Shown: positions 9,341 to 18,915, counted from the stretch's first letter. The stretch: 32,000 nucleotides of DNA from Candidatus Harpocratesius repetitus (GCA_021498095.1 JAIZWK010000001.1:840001-872000), one strand, 5' to 3'. The notes: generated by a model from the sequence alone, not told the origin. Numbers and translations are program-made.

Positions 9341-10156
9341 TTACCAGTATTTTTTTACCCGATCGGGATTAAAAACACTCATAACGCAATTTGGCATGAA
9401 CTTACCGATGTGAGCAATTAATCCAGCAGCAGTTGTTCCTGGCTTACATCGAACAGCAGTTTCCATCGGACCTAAACGATCAATTTGGACTACATCGATT
9501 GTATGACCTCTTTTTGCTAAGGTTTTTTTGACTGTTTGGCGCGAAACTCCTACAGTGAAGATTGTTTCCATTCCATCATCGACCAATGTTTGTAAATTTT
9601 CTATAAATGTCTCTGAGAATTGACCTTCAACTTTCGGTTTCCCCTTTTTTTCATATGTAATTTTAGTAACTTCAATTTCAACAGGCAAATGGTTCATTAA
9701 TCCATATAAATGTATCAATTGATGGGTTGAAAGTTTAGTGTTCCGAACTAATTGGCGCCGAAGTCGAAATAATGGGATCAGAACTTCTTTTGAAGGTCCC
9801 TCTATTCCTACATCAACAAAAAGGCCAAATCCGACTTTTCCAACAGAAGTAAGTTGTCCCATTAATGGAGTATTTTTGGGAATATTGTTAGCATTAATCA
9901 CTTGACCAGTTATTTCTTTTAATATGTGTGAAACAAACGTCAATTCTTCCCGATTCGTACCTAAAAGCGTGATATTGATCCGATCATCAACGCGAAATTC
10001 GAGCTTTTCAATAGCAACATCTAAATCTTTGGGAATCCGTTCTTCTAAAACTCGCTGAAATGTGTGAAGGAATTTGGCGCGTTCGGGCGCTGTTTTGGCT
10101 TGATTGATTGAATAATATTGATAAGCCGACACATATGCGAGCGATGCATGTGACAT
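9341..10156 (-). CDS. conserved archaeal protein, DUF2110-like (S1/OB-like segment)
   Basis: GKVGFGLFVDVGI...VLIPLFRLRRQL...PVEIEV resembles the archaeal DUF2110 family, recognised from memory and not searched. Confidence 0.55.
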   Translation of the reverse strand: MSHASLAYVSAYQYYSINQAKTAPERAKFLHTFQRVLEERIPKDLDVAIEKLEFRVDDRINITLLGTNREELTFVSHILKEITGQVINANNIPKNTPLMGQLTSVGKVGFGLFVDVGIEGPSKEVLIPLFRLRRQLVRNTKLSTHQLIHLYGLMNHLPVEIEVTKITYEKKGKPKVEGQFSETFIENLQTLVDDGMETIFTVGVSRQTVKKTLAKRGHTIDVVQIDRLGPMETAVRCKPGTTAAGLIAHIGKFMPNCVMSVFNPDRVKKYW

Positions 10157-10223
10157 TTTTTTTTTCCTCTTAGCTTAATAGCCTAAATAAATAAAATCAC
10201 ATAAAATCAAATCAATTCATTTT

Positions 10224-10278
10224 CATCTATTTAATGGATAGATGTAACTATGTGTGATCAAGTGTGATCAAATTTATA
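10224..10278. promoter_or_regulatory. candidate operator array and TATA box upstream of the profilin-like gene
   Basis: Inverted repeat CATCTAT-N7-ATAGATG (10224-10244), direct repeats GTGTGATCA at 10252 and 10262, then TTTATA at 10273-10278. Confidence 0.35.
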
Positions 10279-10343
10279 GGTTAAGAGGAAATATGTGTGA
10301 TATTAAAAATTTTTTTTGGTTTTACACAAAATGGAGGTCTTTT

Positions 10344-10724
10344 ATGGATGTCAACAGTATAATTCCTGAATTTGATGCATTTATCGCTGAATTTCCCGAT
10401 TTTGATCTTTTTATAATTCTAACGCAAGATGGTATTATTAAGTATTGTTCTGATCCAGATCGTGTTCAATCTGAGCAAACCAAAGCACTGATGCAAGCTT
10501 GGTTAAATCATGAATCTGCTTGTGTACTTGGTAAGGATCGTTATCCAATTTTAAGTTGGGAACCTTTACAATTTGCTGCCAGAAATGTAAAAGGAAAAGG
10601 TGCATTGGTGGGAACAGTAACGAGTTCAAATCATTATCTTGTGGCGCATTTAAAACCAGATGCAAAATTAGCCCCTGCAATTGCAGCTATTTATTTAAAT
10701 AGAAAATTTTGGAAGTTAATCTAA
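10344..10724 (+). CDS. Asgard profilin-like protein (126 aa)
   Basis: GGAGGT (10333-10338) precedes ATG 10344, so the track start at 10254 is probably too long. Size and the pattern AW...S...G..RYPIL..EP.QFAARNVKGKGALVGT.T...YLVAH match Lokiarchaeal profilins as I recall them. Confidence 0.7.
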   Translation: MDVNSIIPEFDAFIAEFPDFDLFIILTQDGIIKYCSDPDRVQSEQTKALMQAWLNHESACVLGKDRYPILSWEPLQFAARNVKGKGALVGTVTSSNHYLVAHLKPDAKLAPAIAAIYLNRKFWKLI

Positions 10725-10810
10725 AGATGGAAGTTTTTGATTGTTGTTCCTTTTTTTTTGATCTTTATATTATTTGATTTTTTAACTCTTTTCATATTCG
10801 AGTGAATATT

Positions 10811-11800
10811 TTATCCGCGATCAGGTCCTGCTTGGGCGAAGATTCCATTAAAATTCTTCATGATTGGATAAGATTGTCCAAAAATCATTCGAATTGCATA
10901 GAAACTGATTTTAAAACCCATTTTCTGTAAAAGATTCACTGCTCTGGTATTCCTTTCCAATACACCAAGCTTAATATTAACATAAGATGTGAAAGTGTTG
11001 GAAGTGTTAGAAATATTGGAAATGTTAGAAATCTTGGAAGTATTGAAAGATTTTTGATCATGTGCTATACAATAAAGAAGCAGATCTTCAGGATGGGGTT
11101 CATTTTGCGAAACAATCCAAGGCCCAATCTTAAAGTATCCGTCTCTTCTTTCTACCATAATATATGAAGAAATTTGTCCATTTTGAGTTTGATAAAAGCA
11201 AGTTGATGGATTTCTATTATAGATTTCTTTTAGAAGTATTTTTCGGGAAGATCCAAATATCTGTTCATCAAAATTAATTATGGATTCCAGTATGTCAGGG
11301 GTAATTTGATGCATATTTTTTGGTTTTGGGTTAATAAGTGTTGGTAATTTTCCATTAAATCGTAAAGAACGACATATTTCTTTAAAACCAAACGACGAGT
11401 AGAATGGTACAGCTTCTGGGACTGAATCGAGCATTATTGTTTTAACTCGGCGAGATCTAAGTGAATTCATGGCATAACTAAAAAGTAATCTGCCCAAACC
11501 TTTATGTCTAAATTCTTTTTCAACAATGAAATTACCAATAAATGTAAATTCCTTGTATTTTGTGCTAAATATCATCGCACGGGCAGTTCCATCGCATTCT
11601 AAGATAAAATTACCTTTAGGATCGAATTTAAGCAAATCTTGAAGTTCATCAACAGTTGTAATCCAATTTTCTTCTTGAGTGAGATTCCAACCGAATTGAA
11701 TATGTTTTTTTTTAAAGGGAACAATCTTAATAGAGCTGAAACTTCGAATTTGGTTGTGATTGGGAATTTTTGAATGATTTAGTGAATGTGAGCAAGGCAT
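10811..11800 (-). CDS. two-domain GNAT acetyltransferase (YitH-like)
   Basis: FIGNFIVEKEFRHKGLGRLL acetyl-CoA motif A, AVPFYSSFGF motif B, and a second GNAT-like domain (IGPWI, N.RAV.L.QKMGF). ATG 11800 avoids overlap with the divergent hydrolase. Confidence 0.85.
   Translation of the reverse strand: MPCSHSLNHSKIPNHNQIRSFSSIKIVPFKKKHIQFGWNLTQEENWITTVDELQDLLKFDPKGNFILECDGTARAMIFSTKYKEFTFIGNFIVEKEFRHKGLGRLLFSYAMNSLRSRRVKTIMLDSVPEAVPFYSSFGFKEICRSLRFNGKLPTLINPKPKNMHQITPDILESIINFDEQIFGSSRKILLKEIYNRNPSTCFYQTQNGQISSYIMVERRDGYFKIGPWIVSQNEPHPEDLLLYCIAHDQKSFNTSKISNISNISNTSNTFTSYVNIKLGVLERNTRAVNLLQKMGFKISFYAIRMIFGQSYPIMKNFNGIFAQAGPDRG
10991..11050. repeat. degenerate 9-nt tandem repeat (about 6.5 units) encoding SKISNISNISNTSNT in the GNAT
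   Basis: gaaagtgtt ggaagtgtt agaaatatt ggaaatgtt agaaatctt ggaagtatt gaaaga. Confidence 0.8.
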
Positions 11801-11867
11801 TATAATTACTTTATTATGGAAGCGGTTATTTATACATATTTTTATCTCTCTCTTCATTATTCCAGTT

Positions 11868-12437
11868 ATGGAAAAGTATGATGAAGAAAAAAGTTCTGAA
11901 AAATCCATAAACATTCTTTTTCTTCATGGGTATGAAAGTTCTGGAACTGGATTTAAGGCGGAATATTTCCGTAAAATTTTTCCTTCCATTCATACACCTA
12001 CATTATCTGGCGATTTAAATTCTCGAATGGAACAAATCTTACCTCTATTTCAAAAATATTCCCGCTGGTTCATCATAGGCTCTAGTTTTGGTGGATTAAT
12101 GGCAACCATTTTGGCTCAGAAATATCCCACCAAAATTGAACGGTTAATCCTTTTAGCCCCTGCATTAATACCTCCTTTTTTCTCCTTTGATATACCTAAT
12201 GGATCTGCTATTTCTGATAAATCTGAGAATTTTAATAAAACATTGAAGTTAATAAAAATTAAAACCGATGTCATCCATGGAAAACAAGATTCAGTCGTTC
12301 CATTACATCAAGTTAAGAAATTGGCAGAAAAACTATTTTTAAATCTGACTTATCATGAAGTTAATGATGATCATCGATTGCATGCCACAACAAAAAGCAT
12401 TGATTGGAAACAACTATTATTTCCATCAAAAAGATAA
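11868..12437 (+). CDS. alpha/beta hydrolase, YqiA/UPF0227-like esterase
   Basis: FLHGYES oxyanion region, GSSFGG nucleophile elbow, HGKQDSVVP, and C-terminal DDH catalytic His. Confidence 0.85.
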   Translation: MEKYDEEKSSEKSINILFLHGYESSGTGFKAEYFRKIFPSIHTPTLSGDLNSRMEQILPLFQKYSRWFIIGSSFGGLMATILAQKYPTKIERLILLAPALIPPFFSFDIPNGSAISDKSENFNKTLKLIKIKTDVIHGKQDSVVPLHQVKKLAEKLFLNLTYHEVNDDHRLHATTKSIDWKQLLFPSKR

Positions 12438-12524
12438 GTGATTAAATCAAGAAATCTGAAGCACATAGATAATGTTAAGAGTAATATCGCCAATTTCCTT
12501 TTTTTGTTTTTTTACAATCCTTTA

Positions 12525-13343
12525 CTAAAGGTACCATTGCGGTTTTAATCTTTGTGTCAATGCTTGAGAAAATCTTTCTTGTAATGCAGGAGGGATTTGT
12601 AAATCAAATTGTCGAGCTTTAAATTTGCAGACACGAACACAAGCAAGACATCGTATACATTTTTCTTCATCTATATCTAAAGTGGTAAAATCTATTGCAT
12701 CTGTGGGACATTGGGCAAAGCATTCTCTACATGTGATACAGATTTCCAAATCGCGCTTAATAGTTGGAACCAGAACACATGCACGATATTGAGGATGAGG
12801 TTGAGAGTAATCAATTTCAGGATCTTGGAATATAATTTCAAGAGATTTAGGCGATGTTATTCCTGGATTTTCCATTTTTTTTAAAATCTGATGAGAAAAT
12901 GTTTGGACATTATGAAAATCTTCAGCATCTGGTCGATTTAATGCAAGTGGGAATTCTTCTCTTCCAAATGAATGCATTCCGGTAAAAGATCCTGCACCAA
13001 AAATTCGAAAATTGCTACTTTTCAACAGAGTTACAAATTCATTTAGAGCTTTCCCATTGCTTACATTCCCATTAATCACAAGAGCAATGCACCATCGATT
13101 CTCACCATTGATCTGATTTAAAACTTTGATAATTTGATCTGGAACTCGACCTGCATAAACTGGGGTTCCAAAAATAATCAAATCACCTCTTAAATCCCAC
13201 TTTCCACTATTTCTGGTTCGTGTATATGTTAAATCAATCGACTTCTCCAATGATAAACCTAAATAAAAGGCAATTCGCGTGCAGTATTTTTTTGTATTAC
13301 CTGTAGGAGAGAAAAAGATGGGTTGAACTGAATGGAATTCCAT
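12525..13343 (-). CDS. flavodoxin-fold plus 2x[4Fe-4S] ferredoxin protein (EFR1-like)
   Basis: FSPTGNT FMN-phosphate loop, PVYAGRVP, and two CxxCxxCxxxC motifs (CITCRECFAQCP, CIRCLACVRVC). Confidence 0.85.
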   Translation of the reverse strand: MEFHSVQPIFFSPTGNTKKYCTRIAFYLGLSLEKSIDLTYTRTRNSGKWDLRGDLIIFGTPVYAGRVPDQIIKVLNQINGENRWCIALVINGNVSNGKALNEFVTLLKSSNFRIFGAGSFTGMHSFGREEFPLALNRPDAEDFHNVQTFSHQILKKMENPGITSPKSLEIIFQDPEIDYSQPHPQYRACVLVPTIKRDLEICITCRECFAQCPTDAIDFTTLDIDEEKCIRCLACVRVCKFKARQFDLQIPPALQERFSQALTQRLKPQWYL

Positions 13344-13416
13344 TATGAAAAGTACGTGTTTTTCCCAAAAAAGTTTAAGGAAATGTGGTAAACCTTAAAG
13401 CCTTTTTTTTTAAACC

Positions 13417-13430
13417 CCAAAAAATTTAAA
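13417..13430 (+). promoter_or_regulatory. candidate BRE/TATA promoter of the psmA-exosome operon
   Basis: CCAAAAAATTTAAA (purine run followed by TTTAAA) about 75 nt upstream of the psmA ATG. Confidence 0.4.
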
Positions 13431-13505
13431 GTGCAAGTCATTGTATTTGATATAGAGAATCAACGCAAGTGATCATAATTATACAAATTGAAAAAGTGAA
13501 CAATT

Positions 13506-14228
13506 ATGTTTAGCACACCTGGACTTGGATACGATAGAGCCATAACGATCTTTTCCCCTGACGGACGTTTATTTCAGGTGGAATATGCTATTGAAGCAGT
13601 AAGACGTGGAACAACTGCCATTGCTGTAAAAAATGAAACTGGAGTTGTTTTTGCTGTTGAACGACGTAATCTCCCATTACAAGAACATCTTGGAAGTGAA
13701 AAACTCTTTAAAATCGATGATCATGTCGGTGTGGCTATCTCTGGGTTAACTGCTGATGCCAGGACTTTAATTGATCAAGCACGCGTTCATGCACAGGTCA
13801 ATATTCTAAGTTATGATGAAGAAGTTTCCGTTCTTGAAACAACTCGTGATCTGTGTGATCAATGTCAATTATATACGCAAAATGCAGGAGTGCGCCCTTT
13901 TGGAGTATCATTATTAATTGGTGGTGTGGATGATGATAAAACGGTGAACCTATATCTAACTGATCCATCAGGTGCATTCTGGGGATATAAAGCTTGTGCA
14001 ATTGGAAGTGGTTCAGCTCAAGCCCGAGAGTTTTTAGGAAAAGAATATAAAGAAACTATGGATTTTGAAGAGTTAAAACTTCTTACAATTCGCACATTAA
14101 AAGAAGTTATCGAGGGTGATTTAGATGCTGAACGATTTGAAATTGCTGTTATCAATGCAGAAGATAGACAATGGAAATTGTTTTCTATTGAAGAAAATAA
14201 AAAACTTCTGAAAAAATTAAACGAATAA
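13506..14228 (+). CDS. psmA: proteasome subunit alpha
   Basis: GYDRAITIFSPDGRLFQVEYA signature, RPFGVSLLIGG, DPSG, AIGSG. Confidence 0.98.
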   Translation: MFSTPGLGYDRAITIFSPDGRLFQVEYAIEAVRRGTTAIAVKNETGVVFAVERRNLPLQEHLGSEKLFKIDDHVGVAISGLTADARTLIDQARVHAQVNILSYDEEVSVLETTRDLCDQCQLYTQNAGVRPFGVSLLIGGVDDDKTVNLYLTDPSGAFWGYKACAIGSGSAQAREFLGKEYKETMDFEELKLLTIRTLKEVIEGDLDAERFEIAVINAEDRQWKLFSIEENKKLLKKLNE

Positions 14229-14438
14229 GACCTTTTCTGTTTATGAAATAAACAAAATTTTTTTACTCGATTTCATTGTAATTCTTAAATAACATATAAT
14301 ATATATCTTATTAGAAACGGTAAGAAACGATATTGTCCCAAATTATAATATTTCATTTAATAATTGCCGAAGATTTAAAAAATCTATGTAAATTTGGGCG
14401 ATATATTAGGATATAAGGAAAAATTGGAGAAAGGCAGG

Positions 14439-15230
14439 ATGTCTCACTCAAGGGGAGGGCCGAAAGGGAATTTCGATTTGGGAAAATATATTATTGTGAA
14501 AATTGAAAAAGCTAATCACAATTTTGAGATGATCGTTGATCCTGAAGAAGCCTGGAAAGCTAAACAAATACTCAAAGAAATGCGGCAAAAAGAGCAAAAT
14601 CATGAAATAACAGTTGATGATGTTTTATCTACATCTGAAATTGATTTAGAAAGCATTTTTCCCACATATGATTTCTTTCTTAATGTCAAAAAAGGTGATC
14701 GAGTCACCGAATCAGATTTAGAAAATGCATTTGGAACCACAGAAGAACGAAGAATTGCTGCTGATTTTTTATTAGAAGGTGACTTTGCTTGGACTAAAGC
14801 ACAACGTGAAAAATGGTTAGAAAAGAAAAGGAAACAAATAATTAATATCTTAGCTAGAAATTCCATTAACCCTCAAACAAAACATCCTCATCCCCCAAAA
14901 CGTATTGAAAAAGCACTAGAAGAAGCTCGTGTGTCGATTGACATAAATAAATCGGCAGAAGAACAAATAGATGATATAGTAAAACGAATTCAAGCTGTAA
15001 TACCTATCCGTATTGAAGCAATTCAAATGGCAATTAAGATTCCTGCGGAATATGCTGCTAAAGCTTACAACACGGTAGAGCAATATGCTCAAATAAAGCA
15101 ATCAGAATGGCAGACGGATGGTTCTTGGATTGGTATGATATCTTTACCTGCAGGTCTTCAAATGGAAATGCTTGATAAATTGAATAAATTAACTCATGGT
15201 AGAATGCAAAGTAAATTGATTCAAAAATAA
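14439..15230 (+). CDS. ribosome maturation factor SBDS/Sdo1
   Basis: FE.IVDP, KGD..TESDL..AFGT, INPQTKHPHPPKRIEKAL, QSEWQTDGSW; conserved position after psmA. ATG 14439 preferred over TTG 14394. Confidence 0.95.
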   Translation: MSHSRGGPKGNFDLGKYIIVKIEKANHNFEMIVDPEEAWKAKQILKEMRQKEQNHEITVDDVLSTSEIDLESIFPTYDFFLNVKKGDRVTESDLENAFGTTEERRIAADFLLEGDFAWTKAQREKWLEKKRKQIINILARNSINPQTKHPHPPKRIEKALEEARVSIDINKSAEEQIDDIVKRIQAVIPIRIEAIQMAIKIPAEYAAKAYNTVEQYAQIKQSEWQTDGSWIGMISLPAGLQMEMLDKLNKLTHGRMQSKLIQK

Positions 15231-15413
15231 ATTGACTTAATGCTATATGTTAAGCTATATTAAGCAAATTGACTTAACTTATAGGTAGTCTTCTTCAAAC
15301 AAATAAAAACAATGGGGATTTTTGAGAAGAGATCAAAACCTCTTTTCCTCTTTTCTTCCGTTCAAAATAAGAAAATTGTAACTTGTAAAAGTTGTAAAAA
15401 AAAAGTGAAAAAA

Positions 15414-16160
15414 ATGTCCGCGGAGAATAAACCAATACGAGAAATCGTTACTCCAGGTCAAGTTATTGCCACCGATCCTGGGTTAATTGCAGGAAGAGGG
15501 GCAATAAAGGAAGATAATGGTCAAATTACGTCTGTCTTTGTTGGATTAAAGGAAATCCGAGGAAAATATGTTAATGTTGTGCCATTAAATGGGCTTTATA
15601 ATCCTCAAATTGGAGATAAAGTAATAGGGCGAGTAATTGCAAAAACACCAGTAAAATTTCTGCTTGACATTAATGCAAAATTTTTAGGAATTTTGAAACC
15701 ATCTGATGCATTTAAAAGACCACATCAGAATCGGGGCTATCCAAAATCAATGGGTACATATAGATTGCCTCGAGAAAATGATATGGATAAGTTAAAAATG
15801 GGAGATCAAATTATTTGTAAAATTTTATCCGGATCACGAACTGAAGAACCAGCACTTACCAGCTTGGGTCAAGAGCTTGGACTAATCACAGAAGGGTTAG
15901 TTATTGCAATATCTCCCACAAAAATTCCCCGAGTGATTGGAAAAAAGGGAAGTATGATCGCCTTATTAAAGAATTTATTACATTGTAAAATTTTTGTGGC
16001 TCAAAATGGGCGTATTTGGATTCATGGACGAAATCCTGAAAATGAACGATTATTAATTGAAGTGATATATAAAATTGAGCGTGAAGCTCATACAACTGGA
16101 TTAACTGATAGAGTTAAAGCATATATTTTAAAAGAAAAGAAAATTCGAGGTATCAAATAA
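15414..16160 (+). CDS. rrp4: exosome cap subunit Rrp4 (S1 + KH)
   Basis: IVTPGQ, YNPQIGDKVIG (S1), KIPRVIGKKGSMI and AQNGRIWI (KH), EAHTTGLTDRV. ATG 15414 preferred. Confidence 0.95.
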   Translation: MSAENKPIREIVTPGQVIATDPGLIAGRGAIKEDNGQITSVFVGLKEIRGKYVNVVPLNGLYNPQIGDKVIGRVIAKTPVKFLLDINAKFLGILKPSDAFKRPHQNRGYPKSMGTYRLPRENDMDKLKMGDQIICKILSGSRTEEPALTSLGQELGLITEGLVIAISPTKIPRVIGKKGSMIALLKNLLHCKIFVAQNGRIWIHGRNPENERLLIEVIYKIEREAHTTGLTDRVKAYILKEKKIRGIK

Positions 16161-16162
16161 AA

Positions 16163-17308
16163 ATGCCAATCTTAGTACCAGAACCTCATGATGAAATATG
16201 TTTCCGTGAAGATGGAAAGCGATTAGATGGTCGAGCAGTGGACGAACTTCGTCCCTTTTCGTGTGAAGTAGGTGTAATTAAAAATGCTCAAGGGTCTGCT
16301 CTCGTAAGACACGGAGGTAATTTGATTTATGCAGCTATTTACGGCCCTCGAGAGGTGCATCCCCGTCATTTAGCCCGTCCCGATAAGGGAATTTTAAGAG
16401 TGTATTATCGAATGGCGACATTTTCCGTTCATGAACGAAAAAGTCCCGCACCAAATCGTCGTGAAAATGAAATTTCCAAAGTTATTCGGGAAGCTTTGGA
16501 ACCTGTATTGTTTTTGGAAGCTTATCCCGATTCCCAAATTGAAATATATATTGAAGTTATTGCTGCAGATGGGGGAACCCGGTGTGCAAGCACTACAGCT
16601 GCATCGTTAGCATTAGCTGATGCAGGAATTCCTATGAAAAGTATGGTTGTGGGTGTAGCAGCTGGAAAAGCACAGGGTCGTGTTTTACTTGATTTAGGTG
16701 ATAAAGAAGATAAAGTCGGTCAAGCAGACATTCCTTGTGTTGTAGTAATGAAAGATAAATCAATATCACTTCTGCAATTTGATGGTGAAATGTCTTTAGA
16801 AGAAATGAAAACTGGATTTGAATATGTATTAAAGGGTGCAGAAATCATTTATCAAAAGCAATTGGAAGCTTTGCGTGAAAAATATAATAAAATAACAAGA
16901 GAAGCTGAAATTGAGGACTCTGCAGTAGGAAATTTACCACAAAATGAGCAAAAGTCTATAAATGAATCCCAAAATGCTCAAGATAGTCTTCAAAATACTT
17001 CCCAAATTGATGAACAAATGAAGGTTCAAAATGAAAAACAAGAAATTAATAATGATCATAAAGCTGAACCATCTCCTTTAATGGAAAATTCATCTGCAAT
17101 TAATGAATCTCAAAAAGAAGTTGAGAAAGGGGAAGTCGAAGAAAAATCAAAGGATGAAAAATCAAGCGAAGAAAACATAATTAAATCCAGCGAACAATCC
17201 GCTAATTCCACTGATGATTCACCAAAACAAGGAGAAAACCAGTCTTCACAAGAAGAACAACAATTAAATACAGAAAATGATTCACCTTCAGGAGATGATC
17301 AAGAATGA
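16163..17308 (+). CDS. rrp41: exosome core subunit Rrp41 with ~140-aa acidic C-terminal extension
   Basis: RLDGRAVDELRP, GSALV, YGPRE, NRRENEISKVI, ADGGTRCAS and EDKVGQAD active-site motifs. Stop overlaps the rrp42 start (ATGA). Confidence 0.96.
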   Translation: MPILVPEPHDEICFREDGKRLDGRAVDELRPFSCEVGVIKNAQGSALVRHGGNLIYAAIYGPREVHPRHLARPDKGILRVYYRMATFSVHERKSPAPNRRENEISKVIREALEPVLFLEAYPDSQIEIYIEVIAADGGTRCASTTAASLALADAGIPMKSMVVGVAAGKAQGRVLLDLGDKEDKVGQADIPCVVVMKDKSISLLQFDGEMSLEEMKTGFEYVLKGAEIIYQKQLEALREKYNKITREAEIEDSAVGNLPQNEQKSINESQNAQDSLQNTSQIDEQMKVQNEKQEINNDHKAEPSPLMENSSAINESQKEVEKGEVEEKSKDEKSSEENIIKSSEQSANSTDDSPKQGENQSSQEEQQLNTENDSPSGDDQE

Positions 17309-18132
17309 TGGATATTAATGAAGTTGTGAGTAATTTAGAGAAAAACTATATCTTAAAACTTTTAAAACAAGGGAAAAGAATTGATGGTCGTGGGTTATTT
17401 GAATATCGCGATGTTAAAATCAAAACTGGGTTTATTCCGAAAGCTGAAGGTTCAGCAGATGTATTTTTAGGCGATACACGTGTTATGTGCGGAGTAAAAT
17501 ATGATATAGGTACTCCATTTTCAGATAATCCTGATAAAGGTGTTTGTACCGTTATGTCTGAATATTTACCGATTGCTTCTCCAATGTTTGAACCAGGACG
17601 ACCAGATGAAGTTGCAATTCAATTAGCCCGAGTAGTAGATAGAGGAATTCGTCATACTAATTGTATTGATTATAAAAAACTATGCATCAAAGAGGGCGAA
17701 TATGTTTATATTCTTTTCGTTGATTGTTATATGATGGATTATTTTGGGAATTTAACTGATGCTTCTGCGATTGCGGCGATAGCTGCCTTATTAAATACTA
17801 ATTTACCTGGGGCTAAATTAAACGAAGAAGGAGTTCCTGAATGGGATGGAACATATTCACCTTTAACCATTTATGAGATTCCACTTAGTATAAGTTTTGG
17901 TAAAGTTGGAAATGTTATTTTTGTGGATCCTAATTTATCTGAAGAAATGGTGCTCGATGGATCTATTGCTTTTGCAGTTGATGAGAAGAAACAGGTTACT
18001 TCCATCCAAAAATACGGAAATGCTACTTGGAGTGTTGAAGAAATCTTAGATACTTCGAAAAAAGCAATTGAAATTGCTGATGAATTACGAGCAAAATTGA
18101 ATTTACGCCAACACGTTCCTCAGCCTAAATAA
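17305..18132 (+). CDS. rrp42: exosome core subunit Rrp42
   Basis: RIDGRGLFEYR, KAEGSA.V.LGDT.V..GVK, PFSDNPDKG, LARVVDRGIR, DP.L.EE...DG. Confidence 0.96.
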   Translation: MMDINEVVSNLEKNYILKLLKQGKRIDGRGLFEYRDVKIKTGFIPKAEGSADVFLGDTRVMCGVKYDIGTPFSDNPDKGVCTVMSEYLPIASPMFEPGRPDEVAIQLARVVDRGIRHTNCIDYKKLCIKEGEYVYILFVDCYMMDYFGNLTDASAIAAIAALLNTNLPGAKLNEEGVPEWDGTYSPLTIYEIPLSISFGKVGNVIFVDPNLSEEMVLDGSIAFAVDEKKQVTSIQKYGNATWSVEEILDTSKKAIEIADELRAKLNLRQHVPQPK

Positions 18133-18251
18133 GCTTAATTAGGTTACTTTTTTTCAATTGATTTTTTTTATTTTTTGGCGACAAATTCACAAAATTTTTT
18201 TATTTTGCTACTTTGAAGTAATTATTATCTTAGCATGTTGAAGTGAAATTT

Positions 18252-18539
18252 ATGCCTAAAACAAAAAAAGTGGGTATTTCGGGAAAATTCGGCCCGCGAT
18301 ATGGATCTAAATTACGCAAACAGTGGAATGAAATAGCAGAAAAACAAAAAGGTCCTACAAAGTGTCCTAAATGTGAATCCAAAATCTCTAATATGCGCGA
18401 GTTTATCGGAGTGTGGCATTGCAAAAAGTGTGGTGCACGCTGGACTGGTGGTGCTTGGGAAAGTTCCACTGCCCGTGGAAAAGAATCTCATCGAATTGCG
18501 ACCCGATTAGCCCGTGAAACATCAGAAGCAGAGAATTAA
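18252..18539 (+). CDS. rpl37ae: 50S ribosomal protein L37Ae (eL43)
   Basis: TKKVGISGKFGPRYGSKLRK, CPKC...GVWHCKKCG....GGAW. Confidence 0.97.
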   Translation: MPKTKKVGISGKFGPRYGSKLRKQWNEIAEKQKGPTKCPKCESKISNMREFIGVWHCKKCGARWTGGAWESSTARGKESHRIATRLARETSEAEN

Positions 18540-18654
18540 ATTTGATAATGGTTCATAAAAAATATTATTCAAAACTTTTTTTACTTAGTTTTTCTAATTT
18601 CAATCTATTTATCCTAATGCTTAAAAATTCTGAATTATATAGGATCTTAAGAAA

Positions 18655-18915
18655 ATGCGTATTTCTACAGAAATTTCTTTAATTTTTTCTTCTTTTGAAA
18701 ATCGTGATATTTTTTATCAAAGTTTTATGCCTGAATTTGATCGTACAAACATGAAACGATCGACTTGGGTCGTTAAAACACCTTCTTCTACAGAGCCACT
18801 ATTAATTTTTCAAATTCAAGCAGATGATGCTACGGCGTTTCGCGCTACTATTAATTCCTTAATTCAATTTGCATCTATTGTTGAAAGAACTCTAGAATTA
18901 GCTGAGAATTCATGA
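18655..18915 (+). CDS. pcc1: KEOPS complex subunit Pcc1
   Basis: 86 aa with IQADDATAFRATINSLI signature; conserved position after rpl37ae. Confidence 0.85.
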   Translation: MRISTEISLIFSSFENRDIFYQSFMPEFDRTNMKRSTWVVKTPSSTEPLLIFQIQADDATAFRATINSLIQFASIVERTLELAENS

